A DNA stretch of 52,191 nt from an uncultured Chryseobacterium sp. (GTDB taxonomy: Bacteria; Bacteroidota; Bacteroidia; Flavobacteriales_F; PHOS-HE28), in assembly GCA_964418285.1 (NCBI GenBank), contig CAYQMC010000001.1, forward strand, positions 1-52,191, read 5' to 3'. The position numbers were made by a program, and so were the translations under genes. This document shows, piece by piece, positions 8,915-16,246 of this stretch (position 1 is its first letter; each line of letters starts with the position of its first letter). Under the pieces are notes generated by a model that was not told where the DNA came from, did not search any database, and saw nothing but the letters and a program-made list of their open reading frames with translations.

Positions 8915-9892
8915 TCAACTCCAATTCACCCAGAGTGCCGATACAAGGAGAACCAGCACCGCGAGTTCGGAAAGCCAGGCACGACGCGTACCACGGATGG
9001 CGTGGCTTGCGAATACCGCCAGGGGAGCGGCCAGCAATACGGCCGGATAGGAGCCTTCCACAACCTCGTTGAGCGCAATGAGAACAGCAGACGCGAAGAA
9101 GAAGGCCATGAACGAGGCCTGCAGGTTCTTTTCGCGCATGACACCACGCTGGTAGAGGGACGTATAGGAGAGCAGGGATACCAGCACCATGATGATGAGC
9201 ACCGAACGTATCGCCCAGTGCAAGGCTGCTGGCACATGAAGGCTGCGTGCTGTGACAGGCAGGCCGCTCAGGACCGTCAACAAGGGCTGCCAGGCCCCGG
9301 CGTCCGACAAGCTGTGCAGCACCCAGGCGAAGTACAGCGGAAGCGCAACGCCCACGATCGGCAGGACGTACTCGCGCCACTGGAAAGGCCTGATCACCGA
9401 CACGGAGGCCCAGGCCACCACCAGCAGGAAGGCGAAAGGAAGGTGGAACAAGGCCGCAAGGCCCAGAAGGAAGCCGGCATCGAACAAGGCTGCCAAGACT
9501 TTGGTGCCACCCGCGATGGACCAGATACGCCCCATCGCTGCCAGCACGAAGGGCATGCCCAGCAGGGCTGGTTCAAGCACAAGCCCTTGGGACGACACAC
9601 CCATCAGGAGCGGGAAGAGCAGGGCTGGCAGGTGCGTGCGCTGGCCCATCAATTCCGCTTTGTTGGCCAGCAATGCCAACTGCACGGCGCATAGGCCAGT
9701 GACCATGAGGGCCAACGATCCGGGTAGCCAGGGAATCCCCGTGGTCACCGATACGACCAAGCGGTAGAAGGGCATCGCCGGGCCGTGCAACACATCCATC
9801 CGCCAGATGCCCGGAAGCGCAATGGCGGGTACCACCAGGAGCAACGCCAGCAAAACGGCGGGTCGGTTGCTGCGGAAAGCCTGAGCGAACAT
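8915..9892 (-). CDS. Polytopic integral membrane protein of unknown function
   Basis: 325 aa and almost entirely hydrophobic helices (about 8-9 predicted by eye), with an ATG start. No catalytic motif recognised. Confidence 0.7.
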   Translation of the reverse strand: MFAQAFRSNRPAVLLALLLVVPAIALPGIWRMDVLHGPAMPFYRLVVSVTTGIPWLPGSLALMVTGLCAVQLALLANKAELMGQRTHLPALLFPLLMGVSSQGLVLEPALLGMPFVLAAMGRIWSIAGGTKVLAALFDAGFLLGLAALFHLPFAFLLVVAWASVSVIRPFQWREYVLPIVGVALPLYFAWVLHSLSDAGAWQPLLTVLSGLPVTARSLHVPAALHWAIRSVLIIMVLVSLLSYTSLYQRGVMREKNLQASFMAFFFASAVLIALNEVVEGSYPAVLLAAPLAVFASHAIRGTRRAWLSELAVLVLLVSALWVNWS

Positions 9893-9919
9893 GGTGTTCC
9901 GTGGGTAAGGGGTACTGTC

Positions 9920-9927
9920 TATCTTTG
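9920..9927 (+). promoter_or_regulatory. Candidate -7 promoter box (TATCTTTG)
   Basis: Exact TAnnTTTG match 22 nt upstream of the ATG at 9950, in the divergent gap 9893..9949. Confidence 0.3.
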
Positions 9928-9949
9928 TGCGGCCCCAAGCTTACGCACG

Positions 9950-10129
9950 ATGCAACAGATCTCCTTCACCATCGCCCAACTTCTGGAAGCAACGTTCACC
10001 ATCCTGCCTGCATTGGGGTGGTTGCCCCCTGTGGCATTCACCGTGGTCATCTTCCTGGGCTTGGTCTATTGGATGATGTTGCAGGCCCGCTACGACCGCA
10101 AGGCCAAGCAGAACGGTACCCTGGCCTAA
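9950..10129 (+). CDS. Small (59 aa) membrane protein
   Basis: Internal ATG of ORF 9785..10129 gives MQQISFTIAQLLEATFTILPALGWLPPVAFTVVIFLGLVYWMMLQARYDRKAKQNGTLA. It has one or two TM helices and a basic tail. The upstream extension would overlap the divergent gene. It resembles small membrane proteins found next to purD in Flavobacteriia (from memory, unverified). Confidence 0.5.
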   Translation: MQQISFTIAQLLEATFTILPALGWLPPVAFTVVIFLGLVYWMMLQARYDRKAKQNGTLA

Positions 10130-10131
10130 GC

Positions 10132-11442
10132 TCAGGCTTTCTGCACGTTCGGTTTCACCGTTGGCACGCGGATCAGGTCGTGCCCGATGTCGCTCCGCAT
10201 CGTTTTCCCTTCGTAGGCAATGAGCGCCGCACTGCGGTATGCCGATGCGATGGCATGCTCCAGATCCTTCCCGAAAGCGGTTACCACCAGCACACGTCCG
10301 CCGTTGGTCACCAACTGATCTCCCTTCATGGCGGTGCCCGCTTGGAACACATAGGCGTCCCGCACCAGCTCCAGTCCCGCGATCGGTCTGCCCTTCTCGA
10401 AATCGCCGGGGTAGCCTTCCGATGCCAGCACCACGGTAACGGCGGTGCGGTCGTCCACATCCACATGGCCTTCGCTCAGGGTTCCTGTGGCGATACCCTC
10501 GAACAGGTCGAGCAGGTCACTGCGCAGGCGGGGTAGCACCGCTTCGGTCTCCGGATCGCCCATGCGCACGTTGTACTCGATCACGTAGGGCTCGCCGCCC
10601 ACGTTCATAAGCCCGATGAAGAGGAAGCCCTTGTAGGGAATGCCGTCCTTGCGCAGGCCGCGGATGGTGGGTGCCGCGATGCGGTCGTGGACCTTCTGCA
10701 TGAAGTCCTTGTCGGCGAAAGGCACGGGAGAAACAGCACCCATGCCGCCGGTGTTGGGGCCGGTGTCGCCATTGCCGATGCGTTTGTAGTCCTTGGCGCT
10801 GGGCAGCATCTTGAAGGATTCGCCATCGGTTACCAGGAATGCGGAGAGCTCGATGCCCTTGAGGAATTGCTCGATCACCACACGCTCGCCGGCATTGCCG
10901 AAACGGCCGCCCTCCAGCATGTCCTTCAGGGTGGATGCCGCTTCCTTCTTGTCGCTGGTGATCACCACGCCCTTGCCGGCCGCGAGGCCATCGGCCTTGA
11001 TCACGTAAGGTGCCTGGGCACGTTCCAGGTGTTCGATGGCCTCCTTCAGCTGGCCCTTCACGAAGGTGCGGTGGGCTGCCGTGGGTATGCTGTGGCGGAA
11101 CATGAACTCCTTGGCGAAGTCCTTGCTTCCTTCGAGCTGCGCGGCCTGCTTGCGCGGGCCGATCACCGTAACACCCGCCAGCTTGGGGTCATCGGCAATG
11201 CGGTCGTGCAGGCCGTCCACCAAGGGCGCTTCAGGACCTACCACCACGATGCGGATGCGCTTCTCCAGCAGGAAGGCGCGCAGTTTGGCGTGGTCCTTCA
11301 GGTCCAGGTCCACATTGCGACCATGGCGCACCGTGCCGGGGTTGCCCGGTGCTATGTACAGTTCGTCCAACAGGGAGCTCTGGGCGATCTTCCAGGCCAT
11401 GGCGTGCTCCCTTCCACCCCCACCGATCAACAGGACATTCAT
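10132..11442 (-). CDS. purD: Phosphoribosylamine--glycine ligase (PurD)
   Basis: MNVLLIGGGGREHAMAWKIAQSS...YIAPGNPGT...ATP-grasp core...GGMGAVSP...IEYNVRMGDPE. Full-length PurD signature. Confidence 0.95.
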   Translation of the reverse strand: MNVLLIGGGGREHAMAWKIAQSSLLDELYIAPGNPGTVRHGRNVDLDLKDHAKLRAFLLEKRIRIVVVGPEAPLVDGLHDRIADDPKLAGVTVIGPRKQAAQLEGSKDFAKEFMFRHSIPTAAHRTFVKGQLKEAIEHLERAQAPYVIKADGLAAGKGVVITSDKKEAASTLKDMLEGGRFGNAGERVVIEQFLKGIELSAFLVTDGESFKMLPSAKDYKRIGNGDTGPNTGGMGAVSPVPFADKDFMQKVHDRIAAPTIRGLRKDGIPYKGFLFIGLMNVGGEPYVIEYNVRMGDPETEAVLPRLRSDLLDLFEGIATGTLSEGHVDVDDRTAVTVVLASEGYPGDFEKGRPIAGLELVRDAYVFQAGTAMKGDQLVTNGGRVLVVTAFGKDLEHAIASAYRSAALIAYEGKTMRSDIGHDLIRVPTVKPNVQKA

Positions 11443-11587
11443 GCCGTTGCGCTTTCGTACAAAGGAACAGTGCAGGGCATGGGGGTTGAAATGTTCTTTT
11501 CAACAGGTGGTGGATACCGCCGTACATGAACGACGAACGCCGCGGCCCAGAATGGGTCGCGGCGTTCGCAGAATGTCGCTCGAACGA

Positions 11588-12220
11588 TCAGTGCTTGTGC
11601 GCTGTGCGCTTGATGCTGCAACCGGTGTTGCGCGTGGTGGCAGGGTCGACCGTTTCGCCAGCGGACACGGCAGCCATGGCGCGCTTCAGCCAATGCTCCT
11701 TCACTTCAGCGGCCTTGGCCACGTTGTCGTCGATGGCGCCCTTGTAGGCCAGCTTCATGCTCTTGTCGAATAGGAACACGTGCGGCGTGGTGCGCGCACC
11801 GAAGGCATCGGCCACCACATGGTCCTTGTCCAACAGGTAATAGCCGTCCAGGTTCTTCTCCTTGTAACGCTTCTGCATGTCCTCGAAGCTGTCGCCATCG
11901 TTGCGCTTGGCCTCGTTGCTGTTCACGAAGGCAACACCAATGCCCATGCGCTTGGCGTAGGCAGCCAGCTCGCGGTAACGCCCTTCCCAGCCTTCGCTGC
12001 CTTCGGAACCCACCACGAAGGGACTGGTGTTGCAGGAGAAGATCACCACCAGTCCATTGGCTCCGGCGGCATCCTTCAGGCTAAGTTCCTTGCCTGAAAC
12101 ATCCTTCATTTTCACCGTGGCGCCCGGCAGGTCGGCACCCAAGGTCAGGTCTGGCAAAGGGTCGTGGGTGGTGGTGGCCATCAGGCCGAAAGCGGCCAGT
12201 GAAGCGATCTTGATCAACAT
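11588..12220 (-). CDS. Secreted thioredoxin-fold protein (PRX-like/redoxin family, single active-site Cys)
   Basis: Internal ATG at 12220 gives MLIKIASLAAFGLMATT (signal peptide). Motifs are VVIFSCNTSPFV, where relatives have the CxxC/CNHCP position, and YLLDKDHVVADAFGARTTPHVFLFD...GCSIKR. Confidence 0.8.
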   Translation of the reverse strand: MLIKIASLAAFGLMATTTHDPLPDLTLGADLPGATVKMKDVSGKELSLKDAAGANGLVVIFSCNTSPFVVGSEGSEGWEGRYRELAAYAKRMGIGVAFVNSNEAKRNDGDSFEDMQKRYKEKNLDGYYLLDKDHVVADAFGARTTPHVFLFDKSMKLAYKGAIDDNVAKAAEVKEHWLKRAMAAVSAGETVDPATTRNTGCSIKRTAHKH

Positions 12221-12321
12221 GTTGCTTGGAGTTGTAGGTTCATTCGAGGGAGTACCAAAGTAACAACAAAGACCGTGCTGGGCACCCCACAGGTTGCCTG
12301 GCAAGCATCCGTCTATCTTGG

Positions 12322-13095
12322 ATGCCCATGGAAGTGCAGGATATCATGATCCCGTTGGTGGCCCTTGTGGCCTCCTTGCTCACGCTCATCAGCGGCTTTG
12401 GGCTGGGCACCCTGTTGCTTCCGGTCTTCGCGCTCTTCTTTCCGCTGGAACTGGCCGTGGCGCTTACTGCCGTGGTACACCTGCTGAACAACCTGTTCAA
12501 GTTCGGGCTGCTGTGGCGCGATGTGGATCGCGGCGTAGTGCTGCGTTTCGGACTCGCCGGTATCGTGGGCGCATGGCTGGGCGCACGGCTGCTTATGCGC
12601 ATGGATGACCTGCCCTACCTCTATCCCGGAGTGAACGGACCGGTAAGTACGACCCAAGCGGTGATCGCTTTGCTCATGGCCATCTTCGCCATCATCGAAT
12701 TGTTGCCCAACGCCAAGAAGTGGGCACTTCCACCCAAATGGCTGGTACCAGGCGGTGCGCTCAGCGGTTTCTTCGGCGGACTAAGCGGCCACCAAGGCGC
12801 ACTGCGCAGCATTTTCCTCTTGCGCAGCGGACTGGGCAAGGAGGCCTTCATCGCCACAGGCACTGCCATTGCCGTGCTGGTGGACCTTACCCGCATACCC
12901 GTTTACCTGCGCCGCATGCCGGAAGGACTGGTACAGGATCAATGGCCACTGCTCACACTTACCACGCTTGCTGCCTTCCTGGGGGCATGGTGGGGCAAGA
13001 GACTGATCCCAAAGATCACCTTCCGGGCGGTGCAGGTGGTGGTGGGGATGCTGTTGCTGGGGATCTCGGGTGCGTTGTTGGTGGGGGTGGTATAA
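12322..13095 (+). CDS. TauE/SafE (DUF81) family anion/sulfite exporter-like membrane protein
   Basis: SGFGLGTLLLPVFALFF...GIVGAWLGARLL... and a second-half repeat GALSGFFGGLSGHQGALRS...GAWWGKRL. This is the typical two-fold TauE architecture. Confidence 0.85.
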   Translation: MPMEVQDIMIPLVALVASLLTLISGFGLGTLLLPVFALFFPLELAVALTAVVHLLNNLFKFGLLWRDVDRGVVLRFGLAGIVGAWLGARLLMRMDDLPYLYPGVNGPVSTTQAVIALLMAIFAIIELLPNAKKWALPPKWLVPGGALSGFFGGLSGHQGALRSIFLLRSGLGKEAFIATGTAIAVLVDLTRIPVYLRRMPEGLVQDQWPLLTLTTLAAFLGAWWGKRLIPKITFRAVQVVVGMLLLGISGALLVGVV

Positions 13096-13221
13096 AGAAA
13101 TCCATGTTGCATGGCCACCCCGACCGGGTCCCGGCAGTGCCATCGGATGTGTTGCGGAGACTTCGAGGTCGTTATCCCTGGTGTTGACTTCGCAGTGGGG
13201 CAATACCTTCGCACATCCCCC

Positions 13222-14664
13222 ATGGAACGCATCCAGAACCTGATCGATGGCACCTTGCGCCCGGCCGAAAGCGGCGCCTGGCTTGATGTGCACGCCCCTG
13301 CCACCGGTGCCGTGCACGCGCATTTGCCGGACAGTGACGAACGCGATGTGCAAGCTGCTGTATCGGCGGCCGAACGGGCCTTTCCGAAGTGGAACGCCAT
13401 GGGGCGTGAAGGACGCAGCGCCGTGCTGTTGAAATTGGCCGAGCTGATCGAGCGAGACCTGGAACTTTTCGCCAAGGACGAATCGCGCGACAACGGCAAG
13501 CCGCTGAGCCTGGCACGCAAGGTGGACATACCGCGTGCGGTGGCCAACTTCCGCTTCTTCGCAACGGCCATCCTGCACTTCCCCAGCGAGGCGCACCTGA
13601 TGGACGATGTGGCGGTGAACTACACGGACCGGCAACCCATCGGCGTGGTGGGCTGCATCAGTCCATGGAATCTGCCGCTCTACCTCTTCACGTGGAAGAT
13701 CGCACCCGCGCTTGCGGCCGGCAATTGCGTGGTGGCCAAACCGAGCGAGGTAACGCCCATGACGGCCTTCCGAATGAGCGCATTGTGCGAAGAAGCGGGC
13801 ATGCCACCGGGTGTGCTCAACATCGTGCATGGCCTGGGGCCGAAGGTGGGTGCTGCGATAACTGCGCATCCGCGGATCACAGCCATTTCCTTTACCGGCG
13901 GTACACGCACCGGAGCCGAGATCGCCCGTGTGGCTGCCCCGATGTTCAAGAAGTTGAGCCTTGAGCTGGGCGGCAAGAACCCCGTCGTCATTTTCGCCGA
14001 CTGCGATTTCGAGGACATGCTGGCCACCACAGTGCGCAGCAGCTTCACCAACCAGGGCCAGATCTGTTTGTGCGGTTCGCGCATCTTGGTGCAGCGCAGT
14101 ATCTACGACCGTTTCAAGGAAGCCTTCGTGGAACGTGTGAAGGCCCTGCGCGTGGGCGATCCCGACGACGCATCGAGCGATCTGGGTGCCGTGGTATCGA
14201 AGGAACACATGGAGAAGGTGCTCAGCTATGTGGAGCTGGCGAAAGAGGAGGGAGGACGCGTGCTCTGCGGCGGCGAACGCGTGGTGCTGGAGGGTCCGCT
14301 GAAGGACGGTTGGTACCTGGCGCCCACGGTGATCGAAGGGCTCGATGCCGCCTGCCGCACCAACCAGGAGGAGATCTTCGGGCCGGTGGTAACACTGCAG
14401 CCCTTCGATGATGAGGAGCATGCGCTGGCCTTGGCCAACAGCACGCCGTACGGTTTGGCCGCGGTGCTCTGGACGCGCGATGTGAAACGCAGTCACCGCA
14501 TGGCGCGGGCGCTTCAGGCCGGTATCGTGTGGGTGAACTGCTGGATGATCCGCGATCTGCGCACACCCTTCGGCGGCATGAAGCAGAGCGGTGTGGGCCG
14601 CGAGGGTGGGGTGGATGCGTTGCGCTTCTTCACCGAGGCGAAGAACGTGTGCATCAGGCTTTAG
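13222..14664 (+). CDS. NAD(P)-dependent aldehyde dehydrogenase (ALDH8 / 2-hydroxy- or 2-aminomuconate-semialdehyde dehydrogenase-like)
   Basis: Internal ATG at 13222 gives MERIQNLIDG... Motifs are VDIPRAVANFRFFA, ISPWNLPL, catalytic ELGGKNP and QGQICLCGSR, and EEIFGPV. Confidence 0.9.
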   Translation: MERIQNLIDGTLRPAESGAWLDVHAPATGAVHAHLPDSDERDVQAAVSAAERAFPKWNAMGREGRSAVLLKLAELIERDLELFAKDESRDNGKPLSLARKVDIPRAVANFRFFATAILHFPSEAHLMDDVAVNYTDRQPIGVVGCISPWNLPLYLFTWKIAPALAAGNCVVAKPSEVTPMTAFRMSALCEEAGMPPGVLNIVHGLGPKVGAAITAHPRITAISFTGGTRTGAEIARVAAPMFKKLSLELGGKNPVVIFADCDFEDMLATTVRSSFTNQGQICLCGSRILVQRSIYDRFKEAFVERVKALRVGDPDDASSDLGAVVSKEHMEKVLSYVELAKEEGGRVLCGGERVVLEGPLKDGWYLAPTVIEGLDAACRTNQEEIFGPVVTLQPFDDEEHALALANSTPYGLAAVLWTRDVKRSHRMARALQAGIVWVNCWMIRDLRTPFGGMKQSGVGREGGVDALRFFTEAKNVCIRL

Positions 14665-14788
14665 GCCGCAGTCGTTCGACCTGCTGCTGCTCCTTCATAC
14701 CATTGGTGAAGAACCAACCGAAGTGTTTATCGAACCAACGTTCCAGTGCGGAAAAGCGTTCTGAGAGGCGGTGGAAGAGCGTGGCCAT
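14654..14788 (-). CDS. Candidate small ORF (44 aa), below the ORF-track size cut-off
   Basis: My translation is MATLFHRLSERFSALERWFDKHFGWFFTNGMKEQQQVERLRPKA*. It has an ATG start, lies 91 nt downstream of the SiaB-like gene on the same strand, and its 3' end overlaps the convergent ALDH stop by 11 nt. There is no homology evidence. Confidence 0.3.
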   Translation of the reverse strand: MATLFHRLSERFSALERWFDKHFGWFFTNGMKEQQQVERLRPKA

Positions 14789-14879
14789 GGCTTGCAGGTT
14801 TGTCCCTAAGAACTCCAAAGCCGTGCCGATCGTTGCGTCGGATCCGATGGTGATCCACGAACGGTAAGATGTACGCAGA

Positions 14880-15908
14880 TTACGGCTGCCCCACGGGAAT
14901 GGGGATCAGCATACGGGTCGTGCCATCGCCTGCAGGGGTGGTGGATACACGGAGAGGTTTTCCGGCCGCTCGTGCAAGGGCCAGGATGGCTTGCTGTGCA
15001 GGAGTGGCTCCACGTGGTGGATCGCCCATGGTATGGATGGTCCTGCTCGCCTGCTCGGCGTCCTCGACGGGTAAGCGCGCCAGCAGGCCGATGGACGTCC
15101 TGCCCTCATGTTGGAGCAGGGCGATGGCGTTGTGCCGGTGCTGGGATCCAAGCGAGCGCAGCACTTCCAGACCGACCCGTGCCAAAGGGGCGACCCGCCC
15201 TGAGAGGGTCCTGTCGTTCGCGGTCTCCTGATCGATGATGCGCAACAGCGATACCTCTGCCGCTGCATTGTCCAGGCCTTTGTAGAACAGCGTCACACCT
15301 GCTTCCGCAGCAGCGGAATGCCAGCGCTGCAGGTCCGCCGCACCGCTGGATGAGCTGGGGGCGGGGTCCACATCGAGGCTGAGGGTGAAACGCAAGTGCT
15401 CCGCATCGATGTCCGTGAAGCTGTGACGCAGGACGTTGCCCGATCGGCGAGCCATTTCGATGAGGCCCAGCCCGGCTCCCCCGCGCCGGGTGCGCCCCTC
15501 GCGTTGCAAGGTCTCCAGGTAGCGGGTCTTCAGTTGGTCGCGGTCCAAGGCACCGAGCCCCTTGAGTTCGGCGACCAGGTCCTCCGCGTCGCTGCGAATT
15601 ATCGGATTCATGGTGGTGACCTCGTTCAACCCCGGAGCGCTGCGAAGCAGCAGCAGGCATCGACACCCGCGGGAGGATGATCCAGCAAGGCTTGAAGGGC
15701 GGTGCCGGATCACATTCTGGTAGGCCTCCACCAGCACAAAGGCCAAGCGTGCACGCATGGACCGGTCGGCTTCCGTGCTGCCAACGACAGCTTCGCCCAA
15801 GGTGATCAAGCGTGCGGTGTGCGCGTCCAGGAACTGCCCGCTGTAGAGGAAGGTGTGCCGATCGCCTGCGAAGGCATCGTACAGCGAGTACAGGGGTGCG
15901 GCATCCAT
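14880..15908 (-). CDS. Tandem SiaB-like (DUF6272-type, HATPase-fold) putative protein kinase; second copy degenerate
   Basis: Internal ATG at 15908. The first half is FLYSGQFLDAHTARLITLGE...RARLAFVLVEAYQNVIRH...DQLKTRYLETLQ...GGAGLGLIEMARRSG...FTLSL, matching the SiaB-family pattern I recall (N-box-like QN.I.H, G-box GGAGLGL). The second half (TLFYKGLDNAAAEVSLLRII...) repeats the layout but lacks the G-box. Confidence 0.7.
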   Translation of the reverse strand: MDAAPLYSLYDAFAGDRHTFLYSGQFLDAHTARLITLGEAVVGSTEADRSMRARLAFVLVEAYQNVIRHRPSSLAGSSSRGCRCLLLLRSAPGLNEVTTMNPIIRSDAEDLVAELKGLGALDRDQLKTRYLETLQREGRTRRGGAGLGLIEMARRSGNVLRHSFTDIDAEHLRFTLSLDVDPAPSSSSGAADLQRWHSAAAEAGVTLFYKGLDNAAAEVSLLRIIDQETANDRTLSGRVAPLARVGLEVLRSLGSQHRHNAIALLQHEGRTSIGLLARLPVEDAEQASRTIHTMGDPPRGATPAQQAILALARAAGKPLRVSTTPAGDGTTRMLIPIPVGQP

Positions 15909-15921
15909 GCGCAGGGATAGC

Positions 15922-15929
15922 CAAAGATA
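15922..15929 (-). promoter_or_regulatory. Candidate -7 promoter box (TATCTTTG) for the SiaB-like gene
   Basis: The minus strand reads TATCTTTG, an exact TAnnTTTG match, 13 nt upstream of the ATG at 15908. This implies a very short leader. Confidence 0.3.
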
Positions 15930-16246
15930 GGATCCATGCCGGGGTAACCTAAGCTCCTCGGCAGGGCGAACACATCTGATCTCCGAGCACCGTTCATCCG
16001 TGACCCCGCTCGGGTCGGATCCCACGACGGCCGTGCTTTTCTATTACCTGTGCCCTTTCAGGATCCAGTTTCGTCAAGTCATGTTCGACCCTCAAAGGTC
16101 CACTGTGAAATGGACTGGGATCCACGCGCCATCCCACGACCGAACGGGTGGCAGATCAAGTAGCATGGGATGTGAACATGATCCCGATCGATGCGTTCGC
16201 CCTGAGCTCTTCGGCGTCCCGCTACCTTCGTCGCCCAAGCTTCACC

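Noticed and set aside
11588-12220. Apparent degeneration of the CxxC motif (SCNTSP) in the redoxin
   Set aside because: PRX-like thioredoxin-fold families with only the first cysteine conserved are well known, so this is not evidence of a pseudo-enzyme.
12781-14496. 571-aa minus-strand ORF
   Set aside because: Antisense to the aldehyde dehydrogenase, which has catalytic ELGGKNP and CLCGSR motifs. It has shadow-ORF composition.
15930-16123. Four GGATCC palindromes within ~190 bp of the SiaB-like/ppk1 divergent region
   Set aside because: GGATCC is visibly common throughout this window, in both coding and non-coding DNA. The spacings (87, 44 and 57 bp) are irregular. It is probably compositional.
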